64,000 nt of DNA from an uncultured virus (IMG/VR IMGVR_UViG_3300029448_000012) (Duplodnaviria; Heunggongvirae; Uroviricota; Caudoviricetes), in the IMG/VR virus record IMGVR_UViG_3300029448_000012; one strand, given 5' to 3'. The notes beneath the pieces were generated by a model, which was given only the letters and a program-made list of their open reading frames with translations, had not been told where the DNA came from and ran no database searches. Numbering within the stretch: the first letter of the stretch is position 1; every line of letters starts with the position of its first letter. A program made the position numbers and the translations under genes. Shown one piece after another: positions 40,143-48,487 of this stretch.

Positions 40143-40474
40143 TTGAAGGAAAAGATTATGAACTTGTCATGCCTGAAGATGAAGGTGAATATTGGGCATG
40201 CCGTATTCTAACTGGAGACTTTGTCGAAACGGTTATTAAGTTTGGAGCGATTTCTTTAAACGAATCTGAAGACGCGTTAAACTTTAACTTTTATGTTGTT
40301 TCGTCTCCAGATACAAATGCTAATATTGATAATCATGATCTTCAAATTGTTGCTCAACAAATTCTTACAAGTGTAATGAACACATGTCTTACAGAAGGTC
40401 ATTTTGAATTAAGGGACCGAGAAACTGGAGAAGACTTACCGTATGATGAAGTATTTCGCAACATTGAAGAATGA
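40139..40474 (+). CDS. Hypothetical acidic protein between uvsX and gp41
   Basis: Coupled ORF. Confidence 0.6.
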   Translation: MIEGKDYELVMPEDEGEYWACRILTGDFVETVIKFGAISLNESEDALNFNFYVVSSPDTNANIDNHDLQIVAQQILTSVMNTCLTEGHFELRDRETGEDLPYDEVFRNIEE

Positions 40475-40475
40475 T

Positions 40476-40504
40476 TTTACTTTTACTTGACATTGTGGTA
40501 TAAT
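40476..40504 (+). promoter_or_regulatory. Early/middle promoter TTTACT-N17-TATAAT
   Basis: Motif 5 nt upstream of the gp41 ATG. Confidence 0.7.
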
Positions 40505-40509
40505 AACAT

Positions 40510-41892
40510 ATGCAAGCAAACATTGAACAAACTATCCTTCGAAATCTGTTAACAGATGAAATGTACATGCGTAAGATATTACCTTTCATCAAACCAGATT
40601 ATTTTCAAGGTGCTTATCGAACTCTCTTTAAAGAAGCGGGTAAGTACGTTGCAAAATACAATAAACTTCCTACAGCCGAAACTCTTGTTATTGAATTACA
40701 AGACTCAACAAATATGTCAGACGAACAATTTCAAATGTCCATGGAAATTGTTCCAAAACTTTTTGACGTTGAAGTAATTGATCAAGATTGGCTACTTGAC
40801 GCTACAGAAAAGTGGTGTCAAGATCGAGCATTATATAACGCCGTAATGGAATCAATCTCCATCATTGACGGTAAACACGAAAGTCTTACTAAGAATGCTT
40901 TACCTGATATTTTATCGAAAGCTCTTGGTGTTTCTTTCGATAAAAATGTAGGTCACGATTATGTCGAAAACGCAGAAGAAAGGTGGGAATTCTATAATAC
41001 AAAAGAAGACCGTATACCTTTTGATCTCCAGTACTTTAACAAAATTACAAAAGGAGGCGTACCAAATAAAACTCTTAATATTGCTCTTGCTGGTACTGGT
41101 GTCGGTAAATCTTTATATATGTGTCATGTAGCTGCAAGTGCTCTTGTAGAAGGCCGTAATGTTCTTTATATTACAATGGAAATGGCCGAAGAAAGAATTG
41201 CTGAGCGTATTGATGCTAATTTGTTAAACATTCCGATCGATCAATTAGCAAATCAATCAAAAGATATGTTTACTGAAAAGGTTGCTAATCTTGCTCGTAA
41301 AACAACGGGTAGATTAGTTGTTAAGGAATATCCAACTGGTTCTGCTCATGCTGGCCATTTTCGCGCGCTCTTAAACGAACTTAAATTAAAAAAGCAATTC
41401 GAACCAGATATTATCTTTATTGATTATCTTAATATTTGTGCTTCAAGTAGAATGAAAGGAATGGGTGGTGCAATCAACTCATACAGTTACATTAAGGCAA
41501 TTGCTGAAGAATTACGTGGCCTTGCGGTCGAGTTTGACCTACCGATCTTCTCTGCAACGCAAACGACTCGTTCTGGTTATGGTAACTCGGATGTTGGGCT
41601 TGAAGATACGTCTGAGTCTTTTGGATTACCCGCAACGGCCGATCTAATGTTTGCTTTGATTTCTACCGAAGAACTTGAAAAAGATGGTCAACTTATGGTT
41701 AAACAATTAAAAAATCGTTACAATGATCCAACGTTCCATAAACGGTTTGTCATCGGTGTTGATCGATCCAAAATGCGTTTGTATGACGTAGAAGAAAGCG
41801 ATCAAACATTAATGGATGATACACCGGTTTTTGATCAGTCAAATTCAGGAGAACGCGTATCACAGGAAAAGTTTGGAGACTTTAAACTATGA
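40510..41892 (+). CDS. gp41: Replicative helicase gp41 (DnaB-like)
   Basis: AGTGVGKS, YITMEMAE, IDYLNIC, SESFGLPATAD, KQLKNRY. Confidence 0.97.
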   Translation: MQANIEQTILRNLLTDEMYMRKILPFIKPDYFQGAYRTLFKEAGKYVAKYNKLPTAETLVIELQDSTNMSDEQFQMSMEIVPKLFDVEVIDQDWLLDATEKWCQDRALYNAVMESISIIDGKHESLTKNALPDILSKALGVSFDKNVGHDYVENAEERWEFYNTKEDRIPFDLQYFNKITKGGVPNKTLNIALAGTGVGKSLYMCHVAASALVEGRNVLYITMEMAEERIAERIDANLLNIPIDQLANQSKDMFTEKVANLARKTTGRLVVKEYPTGSAHAGHFRALLNELKLKKQFEPDIIFIDYLNICASSRMKGMGGAINSYSYIKAIAEELRGLAVEFDLPIFSATQTTRSGYGNSDVGLEDTSESFGLPATADLMFALISTEELEKDGQLMVKQLKNRYNDPTFHKRFVIGVDRSKMRLYDVEESDQTLMDDTPVFDQSNSGERVSQEKFGDFKL

Positions 41893-42554
41893 ACGTAAGA
41901 CTTATTTCATATTCACAAACAGCGGAGAACTTATATGTCGGCAACGATTTACAGGAACTCGTGGCGTATACAGCCCGTGTATCCAATCCATCGAACCAAC
42001 TTAACTCTGAAACGTCAGAAAGGTTACTTACCTATCTCATCAAACACAAGCATTGGTCACCCTTCGAAATGGTGTCTGCTTGCTTAGAGATTGAAACAAC
42101 TCGTGATATTGCTCGTCAAATTTTAAGGCATAGATCATTCTCTTTTCAAGAGTTTAGCCAACGATATGCTAACCCTACAGAAGATCTTCGTATTAATGAG
42201 CTAAGAGATGCTCGTTTACAAGATAAAAAAAATCGTCAAAACTCAATCGAAACTTATGATCCAGAACTTAAATTAGAGTGGTACAAAAAACAATCTGAAG
42301 TAGCCCTTGCAGCAAAAAACTCTTACGAATGGGCTATTGAAAATGGCATTGCAAAAGAACAAGCGCGCGCTGTTTTACCAGAAGGTACTACATTATCTCG
42401 TTTGTATATGAATGGAACTTTAAGATCTTGGATGCATTATATTGATATTCGAACAAGCAAAGAAACACAAAAAGAACACCGCGATGTTGCTGAAGCCTGT
42501 GCTAACGCAATTAAACCTATTTTTCCTATGATCGAAAAATACGTTAAATCGTAA
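41889..42554 (+). CDS. thyX: Flavin-dependent thymidylate synthase
   Basis: HWSPFE and RHRSFSFQEFSQRY signature. Confidence 0.96.
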   Translation: MNVRLISYSQTAENLYVGNDLQELVAYTARVSNPSNQLNSETSERLLTYLIKHKHWSPFEMVSACLEIETTRDIARQILRHRSFSFQEFSQRYANPTEDLRINELRDARLQDKKNRQNSIETYDPELKLEWYKKQSEVALAAKNSYEWAIENGIAKEQARAVLPEGTTLSRLYMNGTLRSWMHYIDIRTSKETQKEHRDVAEACANAIKPIFPMIEKYVKS

Positions 42555-42603
42555 AAAAATTACAAGTGATTGTTTTTGTTGAATAAAAAAATGCACTTTT
42601 TTG

Positions 42604-42632
42604 TGTACAATACCTCATTTCTAGTGTATTAT
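42604..42632 (+). promoter_or_regulatory. Early promoter TGTACA-N17-TATTAT
   Basis: Motif with an upstream A/T tract, ahead of small early-type genes. Confidence 0.6.
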
Positions 42633-42664
42633 ATAAACATAATCAAACTTGAGGAGACAAGATT

Positions 42665-42994
42665 ATGGAAAAGTTATTCACAGTATACCAGCCAAACCTG
42701 AACAAATTCATCAAAGATGGCAATTTTGTTTCAAGTGAAATGGCTGATAAGCATTTTAAAATCACTAGTGGCGAAGTTACTCCTAGCGATTTGCGTAATC
42801 TTTATGGTACTCCGGTTTGTACCATTAAAGCTAAAAACTTAGATGAAGTTTTTGAAATTGGTAACATCGGTCCAGAAGAAAAGATCACACGCTTAAACAA
42901 GATGCATTCAGTTTCTGTTGGTGACATCATTGATGATAGCACAAGTGGTAAACGTTATGTTGTTTCTTCAATTGGCTTTAAAGCTCTCAACTAA
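42665..42994 (+). CDS. Small protein with YodL-like motif
   Basis: LDEVFEIGN...HSVSVGDII..G..YVV...GF. Confidence 0.55.
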   Translation: MEKLFTVYQPNLNKFIKDGNFVSSEMADKHFKITSGEVTPSDLRNLYGTPVCTIKAKNLDEVFEIGNIGPEEKITRLNKMHSVSVGDIIDDSTSGKRYVVSSIGFKALN

Positions 42995-43004
42995 GGAGTA
43001 TATT

Positions 43005-43232
43005 ATGGGTAAGTTAAAAGCAATATTAATCGATGCAGAAGATTTTGCATGCGAAAACTATAACATTCCACGTAATGAATTTGTAGCTCGTTCTTGGGAC
43101 TTTGCAAAAAGTTACAACCTTGTTCATCGACCAGATGAAATTCATCGTCATGCAATTGAATACTATGATATCATTCAACGTGATATCAAAAACTATCATG
43201 CACAAGCATACATGAAAGGAATTCAAAAATGA
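43005..43232 (+). CDS. Small hypothetical protein
   Basis: SD AAGGAG, start MGKLK. Confidence 0.6.
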   Translation: MGKLKAILIDAEDFACENYNIPRNEFVARSWDFAKSYNLVHRPDEIHRHAIEYYDIIQRDIKNYHAQAYMKGIQK

Positions 43233-43597
43233 GTATTGATTATGCTTTTAATGAAGAAAAGCTTTTAGAAGAAATGAAAACTTACATTGACAATACGTAT
43301 AGTGCTCATTATAGTCAAAACCAGTATCAATCAACTCAAATCATCGAAGACATGGGTCACGGTATGGGCTTTGCTCTAGGTAATGTTATCAAATATTGTC
43401 AGCGCTATGGAAAGAAAGATGGTTTCAATCGCAATGATTTAAAGAAAGTTATCCATTATGGTATCATTGCTCTTGCGATGCATGATAACAATTGTAAGCC
43501 GGCTAATACTTCTTCTAAAGAAAAACCAACTAGTTTGCAAGTGGATTATCAAGGGCCCTTTGGAGTTTCTTTGACAGGCGGTCCTCGAGGTTTTTAA
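43229..43597 (+). CDS. DUF3310-like protein
   Basis: HY...GFALGNVIKYxxRxGKK..DLKKxxHY. Confidence 0.75.
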   Translation: MSIDYAFNEEKLLEEMKTYIDNTYSAHYSQNQYQSTQIIEDMGHGMGFALGNVIKYCQRYGKKDGFNRNDLKKVIHYGIIALAMHDNNCKPANTSSKEKPTSLQVDYQGPFGVSLTGGPRGF

Positions 43598-44129
43598 GAT
43601 CTCTTTCAACTTTGGCTTCAAGATCATCCATTCTACTTTGATTGGATTCTTGAAGCCTATTTGCCTTTGTATCATAGTCATTCTGTAATCCATCTCGTTT
43701 GTTTTCAAAACGCTCTTCTGCGTTTTGGATAATCTCTCTTACTTCACTTTCTACTTCACGAACTTTATCATCCATTCTATCAACAGATTTTTCAATCGAT
43801 AAGATATCATCACGAAGATCACCTTTGATATCTCTTGCATATCCAATCGCTTCGTCTAATTGCGTTTCGATGATTTGCATACGGTTATCGTAATCAGAAA
43901 TTTTTTCTTCATATTCCTGTTGTTGATCGACAAAAGCAATAGCTTCCTCAACTTTTTGATACATGAGGAATCCACCATAGAGTGCACCAAGTACAGAACC
44001 AAGCACTGCAACAAGTGCAGATACTGACATAAAGCTTACTTTTAAACCAAGAATGCGAAATTCTTTGTTTTTAAGATTCTCAACACTTTCTTCTACATTT
44101 TCAAGTTCTTGTCCTAAATCTTTTACCAT
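43530..44129 (-). CDS. Membrane-anchored coiled-coil protein (cassette gene 6)
   Basis: One N-proximal TM segment, long heptad region, ends DNPLAN. Confidence 0.75.
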   Translation of the reverse strand: MVKDLGQELENVEESVENLKNKEFRILGLKVSFMSVSALVAVLGSVLGALYGGFLMYQKVEEAIAFVDQQQEYEEKISDYDNRMQIIETQLDEAIGYARDIKGDLRDDILSIEKSVDRMDDKVREVESEVREIIQNAEERFENKRDGLQNDYDTKANRLQESNQSRMDDLEAKVERDLKNLEDRLSKKLQRALDNPLAN

Positions 44130-44537
44130 TTATTCCTCGTTTTGTAATTCTCTAAGTCTTGCTAGTTCTTCTTCAAGTTTCATAATTTCAAGTCTTTTTC
44201 TTTTTAATTCTAATAGATAAAGTGTATTACAATTGATTCGTTCTTTTGGTCCATCAAGTGGTATGGTAATACGAGCATATACTCCAATGTCTTTAGTGCT
44301 GTGGCCTATCGATGAATCGTTTTGTTTGAGTGGGCTTTCATAATTATCAATAATGCCTGTGACACCGAATTCAAGATTGGTACCACCACCAATAGAGTTT
44401 TTACAATCCATTTCGCCAGCTCTAAATGAATCTTGACCGTATGTTGAACCGGAGTTGGGCAACTGTAAATTTAATGAGCTGCTTTCAGCGATCGCTAGCG
44501 ATGGCAATAGACAAAGCATAATTATAAGTTTTTTCAT
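44130..44537 (-). CDS. Exported protein with Cys-bracketed beta-hairpin and C-terminal coiled coil (cassette gene 5)
   Basis: Signal peptide MKKLII...AIA; NLEFGVTG and IGVYARITIPL alternating strands. Confidence 0.7.
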   Translation of the reverse strand: MKKLIIMLCLLPSLAIAESSSLNLQLPNSGSTYGQDSFRAGEMDCKNSIGGGTNLEFGVTGIIDNYESPLKQNDSSIGHSTKDIGVYARITIPLDGPKERINCNTLYLLELKRKRLEIMKLEEELARLRELQNEE

Positions 44538-44905
44538 TTAAATCTCGAGCATATCATAGAAGATATTGATGGCCGGCCTCCATTTCTTAATTTAGATCTA
44601 GAACAAATATATTCTGCTTTTGATCGATCCGTTTTTCTTATGTAAACATCAAACTTTACTCGAGAAAGATATTCAACTTTCATTACTTTATATGACGATA
44701 CAAATGGAACAGGATTCCAATCTTTATCAAACACCGCAATCTCATAATATTCAACATCATCTCTTTTATTAAAAACTTCCATTTCAGTAATTAATAAACC
44801 ATTATATGCTGATAGTTTCAATTTAGGATATGTTGGCGTCATCTCATGCGCAAAGGCAATTGATGACACTAACATAAACAATAATGATATAAAATATTTA
44901 TTCAT
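44534..44905 (-). CDS. Exported Ig-like protein, weakly resembling the PapD chaperone N-domain (cassette gene 4)
   Basis: Signal peptide ending AFA; MTPT..L....MEVFN beta pattern; two C-terminal Cys. Confidence 0.5.
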   Translation of the reverse strand: MNKYFISLLFMLVSSIAFAHEMTPTYPKLKLSAYNGLLITEMEVFNKRDDVEYYEIAVFDKDWNPVPFVSSYKVMKVEYLSRVKFDVYIRKTDRSKAEYICSRSKLRNGGRPSISSMICSRFK

Positions 44906-44906
44906 A

Positions 44907-45410
44907 TTATTTTGCGATACAAACCGCTTCAATATTGGCTTCATATGTTCCGCCTGGGAAAGCTTTATTACCACCATACGTTGCAGTTGAAGTCGACTTA
45001 AACCAAGTTGAACCAGATGCTGTTAAGTCATATTGTGTAGTTTGACCAAATGTTACTTTGTTTGTTTCATATGAACCCATATTAGTTGCATCACTAACCG
45101 CACTTACTTCTGTTGAACCTGTCCAAACAACTGTATCACTTAATGATGGACTTTCGGAAAAGTAAGTTGGTGTTGTAACCTGAGCATAATACGCATCAGC
45201 TAAAGTAACATCATATCTTACGATCGGCTGAACACCACCATCAGCTGCAGCAGTTGTCAATGTGTAAGCATTTGGGTTACCATAAACACCGGGAGTATCG
45301 GTTGTGATTACACAGCGAGATTGAACATTACCAGTAATAGGGATTTCTGCAGCCATTGCCGAGAAACAACCCAAACTCAAAATTCCAGCTAGAATTGATT
45401 TTTTGAACAT
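44907..45410 (-). CDS. Exported fimbrial/pilin-like subunit (cassette gene 3)
   Basis: Signal peptide ending AMA; ITGNVQSRCVI start and FPGGTYEANIEAVC end; Thr/Gly-rich beta protein; SD AGGAG. Confidence 0.6.
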   Translation of the reverse strand: MFKKSILAGILSLGCFSAMAAEIPITGNVQSRCVITTDTPGVYGNPNAYTLTTAAADGGVQPIVRYDVTLADAYYAQVTTPTYFSESPSLSDTVVWTGSTEVSAVSDATNMGSYETNKVTFGQTTQYDLTASGSTWFKSTSTATYGGNKAFPGGTYEANIEAVCIAK

Positions 45411-45419
45411 TCTGTTCTC

Positions 45420-46325
45420 CTAATTATTATACTGCATATCTACCATTTGATTATGCAGCAATTGTTGAGCTAGCCCGTTTCGTAGGCCTTGTTGATTATC
45501 TTCAAGTGTTTTATCAATTAGTGTAACGGTTTCTTTATATACACCACCATTGATAATTTTATTCGTATAACCATTGTCAATTTGTTTCTGCATAATGCCG
45601 TTCATAATTATAATTCTTTGATTCTCTGCAAAGAGTCCAGCTGCGTTTGTATCGGCTAGCATAGCTAAGCGATATTCTCTTTTACGCTTTTCTTCCTCTT
45701 CTTCGTCTTCTTCTAATTCTTCTTCAACTGTTTCTTCGTTTTCCTCGATTAAAGATTTTTCATCATCATTTAAATTAACGTATTCGTCATCGGTAGCATC
45801 ATATATCTCTATGTCGGGTATTACTGGCATTGGTACTTCGTATCCTGGACAATTTGGATCAAACTGTGGATTGTAACAAGGATCTACTTTGTACATGTAA
45901 ACCACATTAGGATCTTCAACTGATCCAGGTCCATCTACTTCAATAGAACCGTCACCCCATAACTCTCTATTTAATCCAGGAACTACCGGCACAACCTTTC
46001 TGATTTCTGTTCCTCCTAAAGATCCCGGCTTCCACTGATCTGTTTCTCGAAAAATATATCCAGTTCCAGCAATGTTTTTATTTTGAACGTGCACGTCGAC
46101 TGAGTCATCTACTTCTTTTTGAATAGTATAGTTATAAATCACACCATTAATATCTAACCCAGGTGGAGTCGGAAGAACATTCTGCATATTCCAAGAATTG
46201 CCGGTAGATGCAGCATTGCCGGTTGTGCCATAATATGGAGCTATACTCTCAGAGTAAGAATAAGAGGCCCATGAGGATGCCACCAAGACTAATAGCGTCT
46301 TCTTTAAGATCTTGAGTTTCTTCAC
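45420..46325 (-). CDS. Exported protein with beta domain, DPC..PQ.DPNCPGY motif and acidic linker (cassette gene 2; GTG start inferred)
   Basis: Signal-like KKLKILKKTLLVLVASSWASYSYS; overlaps the upstream gene. Confidence 0.7.
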   Translation of the reverse strand: MKKLKILKKTLLVLVASSWASYSYSESIAPYYGTTGNAASTGNSWNMQNVLPTPPGLDINGVIYNYTIQKEVDDSVDVHVQNKNIAGTGYIFRETDQWKPGSLGGTEIRKVVPVVPGLNRELWGDGSIEVDGPGSVEDPNVVYMYKVDPCYNPQFDPNCPGYEVPMPVIPDIEIYDATDDEYVNLNDDEKSLIEENEETVEEELEEDEEEEEKRKREYRLAMLADTNAAGLFAENQRIIIMNGIMQKQIDNGYTNKIINGGVYKETVTLIDKTLEDNQQGLRNGLAQQLLHNQMVDMQYNN

Positions 46326-46788
46326 TGGTATGTTTTTCCTTTTGCGTTTCTTCATGAGATTCCCAGCCAATTTTTGCAGCTTGGCCAATCTGTCCTTCGT
46401 AAGGACAAGGTGTACCAGCCATCATCATAGCATCAAATACATTCTCATCTTGACACATAACAGAAACTGCCGCAACTTTCATTCCCATATCATATAATGT
46501 CTTAGCATTTTTCAGTCTTAAACAATTTTCTTCAGTAAATGTAGTACCGGCTGAAATACCTAGAATCTGTGTTTGTACTGCGCCAGCTACGCCAATTGTA
46601 CACAAATCACTATTACTATTTGAGCCAAGTTGTGGCGAAATAGCAGACGGTGGAGGTGACTTTACAGTTGTCTCCATATTTCCATTTGTAGTCACAGTGC
46701 TATTTGTTGTAGATTCTGTTTGAATCGTTTCAGCATTTGCTGTGCTAACAACAAGTAACATCAAAAATAAAACTAACCACTTATACAT
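46249..46788 (-). CDS. Exported Cys-rich protein with C-terminal hydrophobic anchor (cassette gene 1)
   Basis: Signal peptide ending ANA; PPPSAISP, four Cys, AGTPCP; SD AGGAG. Confidence 0.75.
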   Translation of the reverse strand: MYKWLVLFLMLLVVSTANAETIQTESTTNSTVTTNGNMETTVKSPPPSAISPQLGSNSNSDLCTIGVAGAVQTQILGISAGTTFTEENCLRLKNAKTLYDMGMKVAAVSVMCQDENVFDAMMMAGTPCPYEGQIGQAAKIGWESHEETQKEKHTSEETQDLKEDAISLGGILMGLLFLL

Positions 46789-46803
46789 TGTATCTCCTAG
46801 AAT

Positions 46804-46811
46804 TATTTATA
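46804..46811 (-). promoter_or_regulatory. Minus-strand late promoter TATAAATA driving the exported-protein cassette
   Basis: TATTTATA on +, 15 nt upstream of the 46788 start. Confidence 0.7.
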
Positions 46812-46833
46812 TACTGTCAAAAAATTGACAGTA
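46812..46833 (-). terminator. Hairpin after the small minus-strand genes
   Basis: TACTGTCAA-AAAA-TTGACAGTA perfect inverted repeat. Confidence 0.55.
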
Positions 46834-46834
46834 A

Positions 46835-47038
46835 CTATAATTTGACACCATTGAGTGTCAATAATTTGTCATTAAAATTTTTATCTGGTTCTTTTGGTTC
46901 AACTTTAACTTCATCTTTTGGTGTCAATCTCATTGTTAAAGATAAAATACGTAATTTTAATCTGTCCATATTATTATCATATGGAGGCAAATTTAATTCT
47001 TTTCTCATTGTTGCGATCTTCAATTTGATATCATTCAT
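46835..47038 (-). CDS. Small hypothetical protein
   Basis: Overlaps the stop of the upstream minus-strand gene. Confidence 0.5.
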   Translation of the reverse strand: MNDIKLKIATMRKELNLPPYDNNMDRLKLRILSLTMRLTPKDEVKVEPKEPDKNFNDKLLTLNGVKL

Positions 47039-47267
47039 ACACTTTAATTCCTAAAGCTTCTGGATTTGTATAAATCGGCTTACAATACGAAGTCACTCTG
47101 TCCCTTGGATCAATGAAGTCCATATATCTGTAATTGCCATATCTTTTTGATACTTGTTTAGCAAAGTAATTGCATCTGTTAATATCATAAAAATACATAT
47201 CATTTGAAATCAAACGTCTATCTTCACCAACTCCTAAATAAACTACTAATAAAAAGATATGTATCAT
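47031..47267 (-). CDS. Small protein with hydrophobic N-terminus and two Cys
   Basis: MIHIFLLVVYLG...YFYDINRC...YCKP; late promoter at 47329-47336 (-). Confidence 0.6.
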   Translation of the reverse strand: MIHIFLLVVYLGVGEDRRLISNDMYFYDINRCNYFAKQVSKRYGNYRYMDFIDPRDRVTSYCKPIYTNPEALGIKVYE

Positions 47268-47347
47268 TTGACAAACCAGTACAGAGTAGATTATGATTTA
47301 AGTCAATAGAAATATATCTCACCAATGCTATTTATACAAAAAAACAG

Positions 47348-47385
47348 TTTACAAATATATTAAATTTTGGTATAATATATAAATA
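47348..47385 (+). promoter_or_regulatory. Tandem early (TTTACA-N17-TATAAT, 47348-47376) and late (TATAAATA, 47378-47385) promoters for tmRNA
   Basis: Both exact motifs lie immediately upstream of the tmRNA acceptor piece. Confidence 0.8.
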
Positions 47386-47390
47386 CAAAT

Positions 47391-47750
47391 GCAGATGATA
47401 GAGGCTTTACAGGACGCGGGGGCAGTGCCCGCCGCCTCCACCATAAACACATTAGAGATAACATGAGTAGTTGTTGCACAAGAAAAAGAACTTGGAAAGA
47501 TCTCATGTTTCTACCTATGGCCGTAAGTATTGCAGTTTTAGGACTTGTATTCTTACTAGGTATTGAAATGGGAATAGCATATGCTCTAGGCTATGTTGAT
47601 TCTAGTGTGTTTATGATGGGGGCGAAATAGGATCGACTGGTGGCTGAGTCTGCGAAAAGTAAATGCAAACGATAACTTTGCACCTCAGGATATGCGCCTA
47701 GCAGCGTAGTTCCTATGCGCCCGTCGGAGCGTGGAAACAGAATCCGACAC
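47391..47750 (+). ncRNA. ssrA: Circularly permuted two-piece tmRNA (alphaproteobacterial type); outer ends approximate
   Basis: Acceptor piece (T arm GCGGG-GGCAGTG-CCCGC, then CGCCTCCACCA ending 47443) precedes the coding piece (GGGGGCGAAATAGGATCGAC from 47618). G3.U pair present. Tag frame 47665-47709 reads ANDNFAPQDMRLAA*. 3' hairpin GTCGGA/TCCGAC. Confidence 0.95.
47463..47630 (+). CDS. 55-aa putative membrane peptide inside the tmRNA intervening segment
   Basis: MSSCCTRKRTWKDLMFLPMAVSIAVLGLVFLLGIEMGIAYALGYVDSSVFMMGAK*; basic N-terminus plus TM segment; weak SD AGAG. Confidence 0.6.
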   Translation: MSSCCTRKRTWKDLMFLPMAVSIAVLGLVFLLGIEMGIAYALGYVDSSVFMMGAK

Positions 47751-47769
47751 TTTATTCTAGGAGTTTATA

Positions 47770-47934
47770 ATGGTAAGACCAAACACAAACTTTAATTTAT
47801 CTGTGCGCGATGTTGAATTGATTGAATTTGCTTTACGCAATAGTAAACAGACACAAGAAGTTATAGAATTGCTTGCCAAAATTCATAATCAAAAAAATTG
47901 GTATAGACCGAATCAGATATATGTGAGTGGTTGA
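47770..47934 (+). CDS. 54-aa small protein (not in ORF track)
   Basis: SD AGGAG; MVRPNTNFNLSVRDVELIEFALR...IHNQKNWYRP...YVSG. Confidence 0.7.
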   Translation: MVRPNTNFNLSVRDVELIEFALRNSKQTQEVIELLAKIHNQKNWYRPNQIYVSG

Positions 47935-48407
47935 TGTTAAAACAAATTAAGTATGGAAACGCATATCCTCTTTGGAAAATGCTATGGCCTGGTCGAGATG
48001 ACATTAAACCTATGTCATCAATGACAGATTTACATGATTGGGATATGAATATTTATGAAAAGTATGAACCTATATTCTTTGGTATATACACCGATGATAC
48101 AAATGAACTCGTTGCGGTTAATAGTTGCCATCCTACTTCCGAAACTCGTATGAGATCAAGAGGTTTGTATGTCAAATCCGAATATACTGGAAATGGTTTA
48201 GCTCAAGGTTTGTTGCAGCATACTATTGATTATTCAAGAAACGAGGGATATGAAGTTCTTTGGAGCATACCTCGACTTACCGCACTTAAGTCATATACTA
48301 GTGTAGGGTTTATTGAAACTGGTGATCGTTGGAGTGGTGAAGCTTGGAAATCAGATGGAGTGCCACAAACACAAACAAACGCATATGCAGAAATTAAATT
48401 AAAATAA
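47934..48407 (+). CDS. GNAT family acetyltransferase
   Basis: RGLYVxxEYxGxGLAxxLL acetyl-CoA motif; A..Y...GF. Confidence 0.85.
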   Translation: MLKQIKYGNAYPLWKMLWPGRDDIKPMSSMTDLHDWDMNIYEKYEPIFFGIYTDDTNELVAVNSCHPTSETRMRSRGLYVKSEYTGNGLAQGLLQHTIDYSRNEGYEVLWSIPRLTALKSYTSVGFIETGDRWSGEAWKSDGVPQTQTNAYAEIKLK

Positions 48408-48422
48408 AAATGCATTTTCCTA

Positions 48423-48451
48423 TTTACATTTCATAAAAATTAGTATATAAT
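48423..48451 (+). promoter_or_regulatory. Early promoter TTTACA-N17-TATAAT
   Basis: Exact motif. Confidence 0.8.
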
Positions 48452-48487
48452 ATACTTATAAAATGGAAAGCTGCTAGGAGATATATT

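Noticed and set aside
43530..46788. Curli (CsgF/CsgG) operon
   Set aside because: No CsgG-like lipoprotein or curlin repeats recognised; the cassette is reported as a separate unknown system
46788..47054. 88-aa plus-strand ORF
   Set aside because: TTG start with no SD, antisense to better-supported minus-strand genes, and spans their promoter and hairpin
47411..47443. Stand-alone tRNA (T arm plus CCA)
   Set aside because: No D or anticodon arm upstream. Its pairing partner lies downstream at 47618 with a tag frame, so it is the acceptor half of a permuted tmRNA.
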